Assembly (NCBI GenBank): GCA_010909165.1
Contig: VJWM01000330.1
Coordinates: 1-58,410 of the forward strand
DNA: 58,410 bases
Direction of reading: 5' to 3'
Origin: Anthoceros angustus
Lineage: Eukaryota > Plantae > Anthocerotophyta
Part shown: positions 11,237 through 22,305 of the stretch, piece after piece
How positions within the stretch are numbered: the first letter of the stretch is position 1
How the letters are laid out: each line of letters starts with the position of its first letter
Notes under the pieces: model-generated
Databases searched by the model: none
What the model was told of the DNA's origin: nothing
What the model saw: the letters and a program-made list of their open reading frames with translations, nothing else
Translations under genes and position numbers: made by a program

Positions 11237-12689
11237 CCGATTCAAATGAAAAGCCATCGAACACACCAGTGACGTACACAAATCAATCGACAAGACGCAT
11301 TGCGCGCAAACAAAGAACGGGTCGAGCAAGGTATTACTTACGCCCACCACGTGCTTCCGACGCTTCACGCGAAACCAATTGTCCGCAAGATCCGCATCGA
11401 ATTTTGTTAAAAGCTGTCATCACCAATGCAAGAATTTTGTTGGAAGCAACAAGCGAATATGTTCTCAAACTCGCACACAAGATTCATGTTTTACGCAGGA
11501 TAGTTATGTTCAAAAGACTTCAAGAACGAGACTCTTTTGCTCGACGAACCCCTTACCTGCTCCAACCCAATCATTCATTAGTTTCAAGCCCAACCCTCCG
11601 GACACGCCGTCAAATGACAGCCATAGAATTATTGTGACGGACGATTACACTAGGATGGCGCCTTCTTGCGTGACCTTTGGCCGCAGCTCAATCGGAGATG
11701 AGACTCGTGAGTTTATTAAGTGCATGACAAACGAGTGATTGAAAACACTAGCCCATCAAAGACTCCATGCCGGTTTACCAATGATGCCCAACTAGTGGGA
11801 TGTGAGGTGACCAACGAGATTTACAAACTTGGTCCTTTTAGCCGAGAGAAACTTGAGTAATCGTCACATGCGCCAACACACGAAAAGAGGACAAAGCTAC
11901 GTGTGACAACGCAGCAAAGAAGAGCCTCTCGGCTTACACCTCGAAATACCAAGCAACCGAAATTGAAAACTCAGATCGGATGCAGTCGACACGCAAGGAG
12001 AGTGGAACTGGCAGGACAAGCCATGTGGGTAAGAAGGACAAGGCATGTAGTAAAACAATGACAGAGAAAAACAAGACCAAGAGAGCAACTTAGCAAGTAA
12101 CCCACGTCACCGAAAGCGTGATGAGCAAAGACCAAACAAAAGCGATCGACGGTGGGAACAAAGGAAGAGCACCATAACCCACAAGAGAACTTTTCCAGCT
12201 AACCCTTGGCAAAGGCACACGAAACTGGCAATGGATCGGAACCAAAAGCGGCGGAGGAGATCCAATGCATGAAAACGGTGGGTCATGGACCTCAATAGCC
12301 ACGGTGGACATGCGAAAGGGCTAGAACGAAAGAGTAAGGAGAAGCACGTGGCGACGCACTGCGGAGGAAGAAAACGTGTTGTCCAATTGGCGGCGGGAGC
12401 TAAGCGTGAGGATGCCAGGTGTGGGCTGCAAAATGAACTGATCGTAGTTCAGAAACCAATATCGAGAGTGGAATTGAGTGAACATGCAAGGACCGGAACC
12501 AAAGACTAGGCGATAAAAGAGAGAGCCCATCGACGTGTGGTGGGCGACCTAGATGAAGGGAAGTGGAGCCGATGGCGTGAGCTTCCCGAGGACACCAGAG
12601 CGAACACACTGCAAAGGCGCTGATCAGAACGAGATGCCGCCGACCGCCAAGGTCACAAGATCGACTTGGAAGAGAGGGCGAATGGCGAA

Positions 12690-12962
12690 ACCCTAAGTGT
12701 ATGTTTTAAATAAAACTTAGGGTTCTAGATGGTTCGACGGTATGGGCGTGCTGGTTGACGAGTTTGCTGCCCTACCGCCGGGCTGAGATTAGGTTTGGAT
12801 TAGGCTAGGTTTGGAAGAACCTAGGTTTGGTTGAACAGGCGGCGGCGGTAATGGCGAACCGTTTGGTTTGGATTCGGAATGTTAGGTTGGTTAATTCAAA
12901 TTAGGTTTGGTAGAGAGAGAACGCCGGCAGAGGAGAATGGTTAGGGTTTGGTATATAAACGG
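12690..12962. promoter_or_regulatory. Bidirectional promoter between gene 2 (leftward) and the YR gene (rightward)
   Basis: ttttaaataaaa at ~12704-12715 (TATTTAAA on minus) and TATATAAA at 12952-12959 (plus) enclose repeated TAGGTTTGG/TTAGGGTTT telo-box-like motifs and GGCGGCGG; layout conserved in all three X copies. Confidence 0.6.
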
Positions 12963-12969
12963 CTTCTCC

Positions 12970-13482
12970 AAAGGCCAAGGTCTTTTCTCTCTTCCTTTTG
13001 AGGCCTAGGTGGTCCCCTCTCTCCAGCTTAGGCGTCTGATTAGTTTTGCCAAGGTATTCGCGTGTTTCAAGGCCAAGGCCTTCGCATCTTTATCTTCGTA
13101 GGCCAAGGTGCATCCAGCTTTGCTCAAGGCTTAGGAGTGTCTAGTTCTAGTTTCGCAGCCAAGGTTGTTTGTCTGCTCAAGGCTAAGGCCTTTGTTCAAG
13201 GCCAAGGTGTTCTAGGCTAAGGCCTTTGTTCAAGTTTTGAGCCCAGTTCTTTCAGCCTTCTCCAAAGGCTAAGGCCTTTACCACTTCGTCAAGGCCAAGG
13301 TCTCTGTAGTTTGTTGAAGGCAAAGGTCGCTTTGCCGCCTGCTTGAAGGTTGTTTTCAAGGCCAAGGGTTTCCAGCGAAGGTCAAGGTCTTTGCTTCTAA
13401 GGCCCAGTTGTTGCTAAGTCCAAGCTGGTGTTTTGACACAAGGTCAAGTGTTTCGCCAAGGTTTCGCTTAAAGGTTAAGGTC
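12970..13482 (+). repeat. Array of ~20 AAGG(C/T)(C/T)AAGG motifs separated by ~10-25 bp mostly non-repeating spacers, just downstream of the TATA box
   Basis: aaggccaagg at 12971, 13069, 13198, 13291, 13358; aaggctaagg at 13179, 13265; aggctaagg at 13214; variants at ~13001, 13048, 13100, 13126, 13157, 13317, 13378, 13399, 13441, 13472. Confidence 0.75.
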
Positions 13483-14810
13483 TATCGCTCCCTTTTGAAA
13501 TCGCTGTCCATTTGCGCTTGTTGTCTTTGCCTCCTTGTATATTGTTTGCTCTTGTTGTTTTGTGCGGTTTTGGTGTCACAATGTTACGGGAGTGTATTCC
13601 CGCTCGGTCTTGGCCTTATCGCGGTGTGTCCTACCCGCCGATGATCTTGTTCTTTGCTCGCGTGCTTGTCTATTTTGCTAGAAGATGTCTCGATGCTCAA
13701 TTGCTATCCGATTTGTCTTTGCCGACACGCCTCCGCTCCTCTTGTGTATTGTTGTTGTTCGTGTACATCGTGTTTGTTGTTGAAGCCAATGGTGGCCGCC
13801 TGCTTTTATGAAAACGACCCCCTCTCGGTTCCTTTTATGAAATCGACCAGAACTTTCTTAGACTTAGAGCTTGAGTGTTGCAGGTTGAGTTTTGTTCACC
13901 GATGCATTTGTGATCTTTATTGTCTTTCATATAATCCTTTTATTTGCTTGTTGGAAGTGTCCCTATGTATGGTTGTTGTCGCTTGGTTTCGTTGTATGGT
14001 ATCATCCGTCTACTTTGTTTCTTGTCTTCGTGTCATGTGATCCTACTTGACTTCGCTCGTAATGACTTTGTTTGTCTCGTAGTGTTGATTGTCCGTTGTG
14101 TAGCGTTGTTTGTTCTTTACATCGCAGATTTTTTTTTCGTTAGCTGTTTGTTGTGTCGTTTTAAGTTGACTTTTGCGGTGTCCGATAAGCTTTCTTGTGT
14201 GCCTGCTTTGTCGTTGAAGACCCGTTGTAGATTTGGTAATCACTCATGTATTGTGTGCATTGAAAAGTGAATCTGGATTGGGCATGGTGTATTGTGTGCA
14301 TGTCTTGGAGCTTAATCTCATAGACCGGTGTTTATGTGCGGTATTGAAGTGTGCAACGTTGGAGGGTTTGCCTCCCAACATCTTTGGATGTTTTCCGATT
14401 CTAATCTAGAAATATGTGTTGTTGTGTGGCATGGATGAGTCTGTTGTCCAATGAGCGATTGATTGTTTTACTTGTGTGGTCTCGATGTATATGTTGTACA
14501 TCTATGGTTGTTTGTACGTCTAACTCTTGTTGTACTTGAAAAAGGGTTTTCACTTTATTTTTCCCATATGTGGTGTATTTTTAGACAGTTCTATGTGTCA
14601 TCCTTAGAAAGTGGAAGGAATAACAACTCTAACAATGTCTAGCCCTGTTGTGTTTTGGGGCACGCCCCATATCCTCTCTTGTCTAGACCGTCTCGATAAT
14701 CAACTTTTAGACCTTCCAGCAGTTCTCATCCGGACGGTTCAAGGCGCATGTGAGTTCTTTCTTTTCGCTTTGTTATCCGTTATGTTGTTTGTACATCTCA
14801 ACGTTGTTCG

Positions 14811-17800
14811 ATGACTTCTCGGTGCGATGGCTCTAAAAGAAAACCTCCGGGCCTGGACCGGGCAAGAAGTGCACCTTTGTCTCAAGTCATGTCCAAGCCG
14901 TACACTCGACAACGTGTTAAAACAGCCATCGCTCACACCGCAACCCACCCTCCGCAGGATGATGGTAAAGTTGACGGTGTCCTTGTGCATAGTGAGGGAC
15001 ATATTTGGTGCCGAAAAGTCCATTCCCAAACCGCCAAGGCACTTTTCATCCAAGGAGGATGCCCGTCTTCTTGAATTTGCTCGGAAGAGAAGAAGGGTTG
15101 ACACCCGACTGTGCCCTTGGTGGAGGGTCCCTTGTCGAGATTACTAACTATTGTCCTGCTTCGAGAGAGAGGGTTAAGTTTGTTGGTGAGAATGTCCATC
15201 GATTACTCGATTCCATGGTCCTTGGCGGAAGCATGCCTACCTCGAAATGGCTGTGGCTGCTCCTGCAGCAAGATAAGTCTCTGAATTCCTTTCACCGTGA
15301 GTTTTCCATTCGGTCGCTCCGAACTCAAGTTATCCCCACGAGTGTATTGATATGTTTGAGAGAATGAGGTCTGATCCCGAGGATGATTTTGCTATGGGCA
15401 TGGAAGAAATTGAAGATGAGGCCCATTTTAGGGACCAAGGGTTTGACCCTCGATTCCCGAGGGAGCCGTGAATGATGCAATGAGTGGTGGTGAGGACAAG
15501 TCCAAACGCCAAAATAATTGGTGCCAAGTCGTCTTAAGTCTTTCATGAAAGTGAGTGGTGTGAGGGGTTGGGATAGTGCAATAGAGGACATTCCTCACAA
15601 GGACTTGAACCTTATATTGATACTGTTTTCCACCAAGTTCGAACTTAAAAGACAACTCAAGATTCTCTCAAACGTAAGTCTTCATCCCTTCCGTTGTTCC
15701 GTTGTGTTCTTTTCATTTTATGTCGATTTCGTATATTGGTGCGTTGATGTCCTTCTTCGAGGGTTCAATCGCATTTTGATAAGGAAGTGTGTTCGGAGCA
15801 AAGCCGTCTTGGGTCCGATGTGCTGTGATCAATATGTTTCACGGCGTGTTCAATGGTTGTCGCCGCACTTGTTGCTTCCATGAAAATCGATGAAGACCTT
15901 GGTATAGTATCGTCGAAAGGTGGTGAAACCGATATCGATGATGATGAGAGACAATTCTTGCCCAGTGACCATCAATGTTCTTTTGGGCGAGGCGAAAAGG
16001 TTTGTGTTCGATTCCTAGCTTCTTGTGTGCATTTTGCAATACTGTTCGTTGTTGCTTCTAACGATTCGGTTTTCCGAATAGGTGTGCATATTTTGCATGA
16101 ATCGTTTGAATGCGTGGCGGGAGGAATTGCACAACCCGTTAATCGTGGACTTCTCATTCTCTTGGATTCGAGGCGTTTTGTAGAGACGTTTGTCCATGTT
16201 TTGATTGATGCTTTGTTGTGTGGTAATACTCTGTATGATACCTTGTTGTGTTGTAATACCCTCCTTGTGTTGCCTCGCAGATACGAGGAACGACATTCAA
16301 GAATTACAAAGTTGATATGCAACTACCAGTGAGCACTTCCGCCAAAAGTGAAAAACTATGAGGTGGATGTTATTCAAACATTTAAAGCCGTCATTGACCA
16401 TTGTCCAAAGTGGATGCAAATGACAAGAATATATCTATCCAAGGGTTTCTTTTCAATTCTCCCATCGATAATCCAAGATCGAATGTAAGTATCTTTTGAT
16501 AAGGGTTCTAGGTTTGTGTTCCATTGGACGTGCTAACTTTAATTTTCTCTGAGTAGGCTTGGTATGCAAAACTCCGGTATCCAAAGGAATGCTCTCAAAA
16601 TATATGAAGACAATGGCGAAGCTGGTCTTGATGGGTATTACACGAACAAGAGCCGCCGTAACGATGATTACGCTGACCATGGCTCGTGCCCTCGATCTTT
16701 GGCGAGCGTCACCGCCACAAACCGATGCTGGATTTTCAAGGTAGGATCTATTTGTTGATGTCTCAGAACTTGTTTATGCCTTCTATTGACATGATGTGTT
16801 CTCGCTGCATGGACTTTGGTGTATGACCGTCGGGGCAAGCAAAACAGCAAGTGTGGTTCTAGTTCACGTGAAAGAAGATCATACAATGAGTTGCTCAATG
16901 AAGAACTCGATCGGATGCGGATGACTTGCGGTGTGCTTCCGTTGTTGTCAATGTGACTCGGATATAGTTTTTCCAACTTAAGATGTAAGTATTTTCTACC
17001 ATGAAGGGAGTGATTTTCACGAGAAGATTATGATTCTACTGTAAAGGATGCTGATGTTAAGAATTTGTTGTGCATAGGCTTGTGCTCAATGTTGCCTACA
17101 AGTTCAGTAAGCATTCCATGAGTCGTTTTGGTTTCAAGGTTTGTTTCTTTTAATCTTTTCGATTGGTATTTGATTCTTTTTGTTGCTTTTTGTTGCAGTG
17201 TTGCAATCACCACTCGCTATCCACCATGAAAGGGGCCCCTTTTGTCAAGACTGGACCGGTTAGTATCTTGTTGTATTTCGTCCTCCTTGCTGGTTTGCAC
17301 CCAATATTTCATGCAATGTTTGTTGTTGTTTGCGCCCAGATTGTGAAGCTTTGGAAGTGTCCAAGTGCCGAAGTAGTGTTAAAGATCTTCATTGACAACG
17401 CAGACCAACTCGGGTGTATTCAACATCGACATGTTGAAAAGGTTAAGTGTAAAGGTGGTTTAAGTTTTATCCTTCATTCTCTTATTGTGTTTGTCTCGAT
17501 TCTATGTTTGTCGGCAGTATTAGCCCCACCACTAAAGATGTGGCCACCACTAGTTTGACGAGCATTTGGTCCTCGTTCAACATTGATGGTGCCCTAAGTG
17601 TGGTGGAGGTGATGCCTCGCTTGGAGGCTGTAAGCATTCCATGAGTCGTTTTGGTGTCGAAGGTTTGTTTCTTTTCTTCTTTTGCTGATTGGTATTTGAC
17701 TCTTTTTGTTGCTTTTTGTTGCGTGCTAATACCACCCTTGCTATCCACCATGAAAGGGGCCCCTTTTGTCAAGACTGGACCTTAGTATCTTGTTGTATTT

Positions 17801-18792
17801 TGGTTCTCCTTGCTGGTTTGCACCCAATATTTCATACAATGTTTGTTGTTGTTGCAGATTGTGAAGCTTTGGAAGCTGTCCAAGTGCCGAAGTAGTGTTA
17901 AAGATCTTGATTGACAACAGACCAATTATCGGGTGTATTCAACATCGACATGTTGAAAAGGTTAAGTGTAAAGGTGGTTTAAGTTTCATCCTTCATTCTC
18001 TTATTGTGTTTGTCTCGATTCTATGTTTGTCGGGCAGTATTAGCCCCACCACTAGTTTGACGAGCATTTGGTCCTCAGTTCAACATTGATGGTGCCCGAG
18101 TGTGGTGGAGGTGATGCCTCCTCGCTTGGAGGCCTGTGCCAAGTCATTGTGGTGAGACTCGAATCGGAAGTGCAACAGAAGGATTGTGGAGACACCTATA
18201 GCTTTGGATATGGTAGAGCGGCATGGGGTTGAGAAGGGTGGTTCAAGCGGTTTGAGCGTCTTCTTGAGATTACCCGAGAAAGGGAGAATGACAGGAGAAT
18301 CGAAAAGGGAATTTCAAAAAATGATTTAGAATCATTGATTGACAGCAGACAAGGTGTACAACCGAGTTTCCAAGCAAAGAGAGAAAGCTTTGGAGATCCA
18401 AAGGAGAAAAATGTCGAAAGGAGGCAAGAGTATTTCAAACGCAGGAAAAACTCAAACAGAGGAGCAACAGAAATGCGAAGATTGCGTGGGAAAGGCGAAG
18501 CAAACTATTGACAATGTTACTACTCAGCCACTTCCATCCATGGAAAACCATATAAAGTCGTAAGTTGATTTAATTGTTCCCTTGATTTTGATCGCTAATT
18601 TTACTTTAGTAGACTAAGACGGTAATGTTTGATTAGGTTCTCAACTTTCGTGAAGATGAAGAATTTCTCCAAAGCCCCAGTTCATCAACCGCAAACTATG
18701 ATAATGTTGGACAAGTTGCCCCGGTTAAACCAAGTGGTCTTGGAAACTATGTCTTCAATCTCTACAATTGTACAGTCAATTTTCCAAAATAA
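14811..18792 (+). CDS. Crypton-type (DUF3504-like) tyrosine recombinase; multi-exon, frameshifted in this sequence; start codon uncertain
   Basis: Motifs read in order across frames: RGWDSAIEDIPHKDLNLILILF-HQVR..DSLK (15563-15673); LLRGFNRIL; AALVASMK..LG; catalytic-R motif MRG-REELHN...DF (~16110-16155); YEERHS-KNYK; FKAVIDHCP; WY-KTPVSKGMLSKYMKTMA-EAGLDGYYTNKS.R.TMIT (16560-16672); VT.HK.DAGFSR|YDR (16707-16830); C-terminal YVFNLYNCTVNFPK* (TAA 18790-18792). Confidence 0.75.
17107..18135 (+). repeat. Tandem duplication (~520 bp x2) of an intron-exon-intron-exon module in the YR gene 3' half
   Basis: gtaagcattccatgagtcgttttgg at 17107 and ~17629; both units end ggaggtgatgcctc..cgcttggaggc. 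Confidence 0.9.
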
Positions 18793-19134
18793 GGTGGGAA
18801 TCTTTTCTAATGAACTTTTTCTTTGCGTCTATTCCCGAATCTGTCTAATTGGTTACAAGCCTAATTTACTTTGTATATGTAGATTTGTAATTTCGAATAA
18901 GGAGGATCAACTATTCTGGTATTTTCTCTATTTTCTGTTATTTTGAATTCATGCAATTCTGGATATACAGGAAACTTTGCAAAGATGATATTTCTTTGTT
19001 GGTTTTTTGTATATCCTGGATCCGCATGAATGGTACTTAACAGAAAATGTTTTACTGCCAGATTAGCGATTGTGTTGGAATTCCTAGGCCTCCTCAGATT
19101 ACAATCTACCATGGTATTTCAGTGCACTTGCTAT

Positions 19135-19300
19135 TCACTTGGTGATCATTCTTTACCCTCTTGTTCTAGTTTTGATTTGGATGGTAAAATGTTTCCATTC
19201 ATCGCCTCGTTTTTACTCTATATTCACTTGGTTGATCCATTCTTTACCCTCCTGTTCTAGTTTTGACTTGGATGGTAAAATGTTTCCATCCATCGCCTAT
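19135..19300 (+). repeat. ~88 bp tandem duplication near the right end of X
   Basis: cacttgg..cattctttaccctc..tgttctagttttga.ttggatggtaaaatgtttccat.catcgcct occurs twice. Confidence 0.85.
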
Positions 19301-19435
19301 GCTTTCTACTCTATTGTTACAATTTTCCACCTTATTCAAGAAAAAATTTTACCAATTGAAAATTCTCTCTTCGTTTTACCCTTTTGGCCCGAAAAAACCA
19401 GCTGCCGAGGCCCCAGACGAGGCCGCGACTTTACG

Positions 19436-21020
19436 CAAGATCTGTGCAGAAACTGCAGAAGGGAGAATTGGCAGATCTGTGGGTAACCACTCAAAACTCA
19501 ATCATGGAGGTGCAACAAGTCAAGAAGGTCACCATGGGAGTACGAGATGGACCCAGACGCGAAGCTAGGCCGACAGGAACGGACGAAATCAGCCCGTTAA
19601 CGGAGGAAGAACATGCGATGACCGTGCGAGGAACGCAAAGATGGGCGGCAGAGTGGGCCGCAGATGGATACACGCCATCTGGAGCCACTAACGGACGTCC
19701 TAGGAGGAGGAGACGTAGTGCACCTGGAAGGAGAAGATTAGAACGTGAGGGGCGTTCATGCCCGAGGTATCTGTTGAGCGGTGAAGTACGTAAATTCCTG
19801 GAGCATGGAATCATGCCGGATGGGTTGTCAAGGGAAGGGCGGGCGGTCTTTCTCCATAAAGCCGCACCCTACTGCCTACGGGAAGGCGTCCTGTACAAAC
19901 TTGGGCCGGACGAGAAGATCCGGCGGTGTCTCGAAGCTGAGGAGGCTACACTCGTCACGGAAGCGCTACATGCAGAGGAGGCAGGTGGACACTATTCGGT
20001 ATAGGTGACCGTTAAGAAGATTTTGAATGCAGGGTTCTGGTGGGCGACGATGCAAAAGGATGTGTGGGAATTCGCTCGAAGGTGTGATGCGTGTCAGAGG
20101 GTTGGGCGGCCTACGTTGTCGACACAATGGCCCCTTACCTACATCTTGCCATTAGCGCCGTTCGAGAAATGGGGAATCGATTTCGTAGGGCCAATCAAAC
20201 CACCAACGCAATGGACGAGGAAGCAGTACATTTTAGTGGCTACGGATTATTGTACGAAAATGGTGGAAGCTGAAGCAACAAGGAAGGACGACGCGCCTGC
20301 AGTGGCCAAGTTTCTATTCGAGAACATCATAACCAGGTATGGGTGTCCTTTAGAGTTGGTCAGCGACCGAGGGACACATTTCCTCAACTCGGTCGTTGAA
20401 TCTCTGACCACCTACTTCAACATTCGGCATCGAAGACGACCCCCTACAACCCCAAAGCGAATGGATTGACGGAGAAGACGAATGGGTTGCTATGCACAAT
20501 CCTCACCAAGGTGACTGTAACACACATGTATGATTGGGATGCCAAGTTGCATTCGGCACTATGGGCTTACAGGACCGCGGAAAAGGTAACCACCAAAAAG
20601 ACCCCTTATTATCTAACGTATGGCATGTCACCTGTGATGCCAGTGGAGTTTGAAGTACCCACCTACAGAATCATGGAGGACGAACGCATGACTGTAGAGG
20701 ATAGCCAGGTAGTTAGACTAGAATCGTTCATAGAGCAGGAAGAACGTAGGGAGGATGCTTTAGAAGAAACACAGCGGATTCAGGAACTCAGGAAGGACAG
20801 GCATGATGGGAGGTTGAGGAAGCAGGAGGCTATCGTGGACGGGGATTTGGTTCTTCTATATGATAGTCGGTACCTAGACTTTCCAGGGAAGCTCAGGCTA
20901 AGATGGATGGGACCTTATGAGGTGGCGGTGTACGAGAATGGGTCCGTAACCACGAGTATTGGGTGAGAATTATTGCCAACCGTAGTAAATGGGTGGAAGA
21001 TTAAGAAGTACCTTCAGAGC
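19436..21020 (+). mobile_element. Ty3/Gypsy pol C-terminus (linker + integrase, no chromodomain), probably family A
   Basis: HHCC zinc finger (ALHAEEAGGH..RRCDACQR); core PFEKWGIDFVGPI, LVSDRGTHFLN, EKTNGLLC; LRWMGPYEV; ends VNGWKIKKY as in non-chromovirus elements. Confidence 0.92.
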
Positions 21021-22305
21021 ACTGCTGTTTGCGAGACGCAAACAGTGAGGTGGGGAGTATGTGGAACGAAAAGTTTGGGCAACCAAATTCAAACCGCCAA
21101 AGGATGAACAAGTTTGATTTTTTGGCTAAGACCGATTGAAGAGGAACATGCGAGGAAAACTTCAAGATCTTGAAACTAGAGCTGTGGAATATTGTTAAGA
21201 AAACAAAGAGGATATCCCAGAAGAAAAACGGGTCGGGCGACCCCAGACGGCGTAAGGGCACCCGAAGAGCCGCGACTACCACCGTAGGGTCACATTACGC
21301 CCGAGTCCGAGTAAGGGAGCACTATCATGTAGGCCGCGTATCATGTAGGTCGACAAATCTCGCCAAAAGGAAACTTAGAATAAAGGGGATATCCACGTTG
21401 GCAACAAAAAGTTAATAGGCTGCCAGATTCCAAAGACAACGACAAATGCACGGTTTGAAGGGCAGCATTAAAGATTCAGCAGCTCTCAACTCGGTAGCTC
21501 GACAAGGATGGCTTGGGACCGATCGCGATCTCGTCACGACAAATTGTTCACTTTTTCTTTTGGTCCTTCACCGAGGTGGAGCTCCGGCTGGTGGATGGGG
21601 TGCACGAGCGCATCCAGCTCCGGTTGATCGGGATCGGCGCTCGGCAAATCGAAGGTAATCAAACATATGCCCGCCAGCCGCATCGGACCTAGCAAGAATT
21701 GAAGTTTGCTTGGCATCAAACAAGATCATGTTCTTGGCCCAGAGATCGTATGCCTTGCAATCATCGTATGTTCGATTGGATAGTCCCAGTGTTGTTAGCG
21801 GTCATGGTTCGTCTAGTGCTCACGGGTTATAATTAACATTCTATAACGCCATCTCTACAAAATTCGTGAACCACCACCACGTTGGTAGTTTACATATATA
21901 TATATATATATGGATGTAATGTATTACAGCAGTACTGTGAGATCGTGTGCCTTGCAAGATTTCATCGTATGTTCGATCGGATAGAGCTGAGTGTTGTGAG
22001 CGATCATGGTTCGTCTAGTGCTCACGGGGTATAATTAACATTCTATAACGCCATCCCTACAAAATTCGGTGACACAACATTGATCACGCTGGTATTTTAT
22101 ATATGTATAATGTATTACAACCTATAGTGCTGTAGTCCGTAGGTTGGACATATTATTAAGAGCTTTTGTTGTGGACTTTGGCACAATTTGATATTAAAAC
22201 CAAGAATTTCATAGAGGAATTGGACTAAGACAACCTAATGGATGTTGGAGAAGTTCACAACACTTGAACACGCATATATGTATGTACATACATCCACTAG
22301 TACTC

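Larger units (their letters stand above)
9047..19435 (+). mobile_element. Element X copy 2: near full-length (~10.4 kb) Crypton-like tyrosine-recombinase DNA transposon with two divergent genes
   Basis: Ends defined by homology to the other copies: left end 9047-9300 matches 4270-4527 and 56780-57020 (reverse complement); right end gaggccccagacgaggccgcgactttacg (19407-19435) is the exact reverse complement of 52711-52739. Contains the YR gene (+) and gene 2 (-). No TIR, LTR or RT seen. Confidence 0.75.

Noticed and set aside
12780-12950. Telomeric repeat tract
   Set aside because: Motifs are dispersed and mostly TAGGTTT, not tandem TTTAGGG
12970-13482. True CRISPR array
   Set aside because: Repeats are only ~10 bp and degenerate, spacers are short and uneven, there are no cas genes, and the context is eukaryotic
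13408-14270. Hydrophobic Cys/Leu/Val-rich ORFs (also 53625-54098) as membrane proteins
   Set aside because: By-product of GT-rich leader or intron composition; no peptide conservation seen between X copies
21375-21396. 3' LTR after the PPT-like aataaaggggata of the integrase-bearing Gypsy
   Set aside because: No TG-initiated LTR follows; the sequence jumps straight into the tandem array
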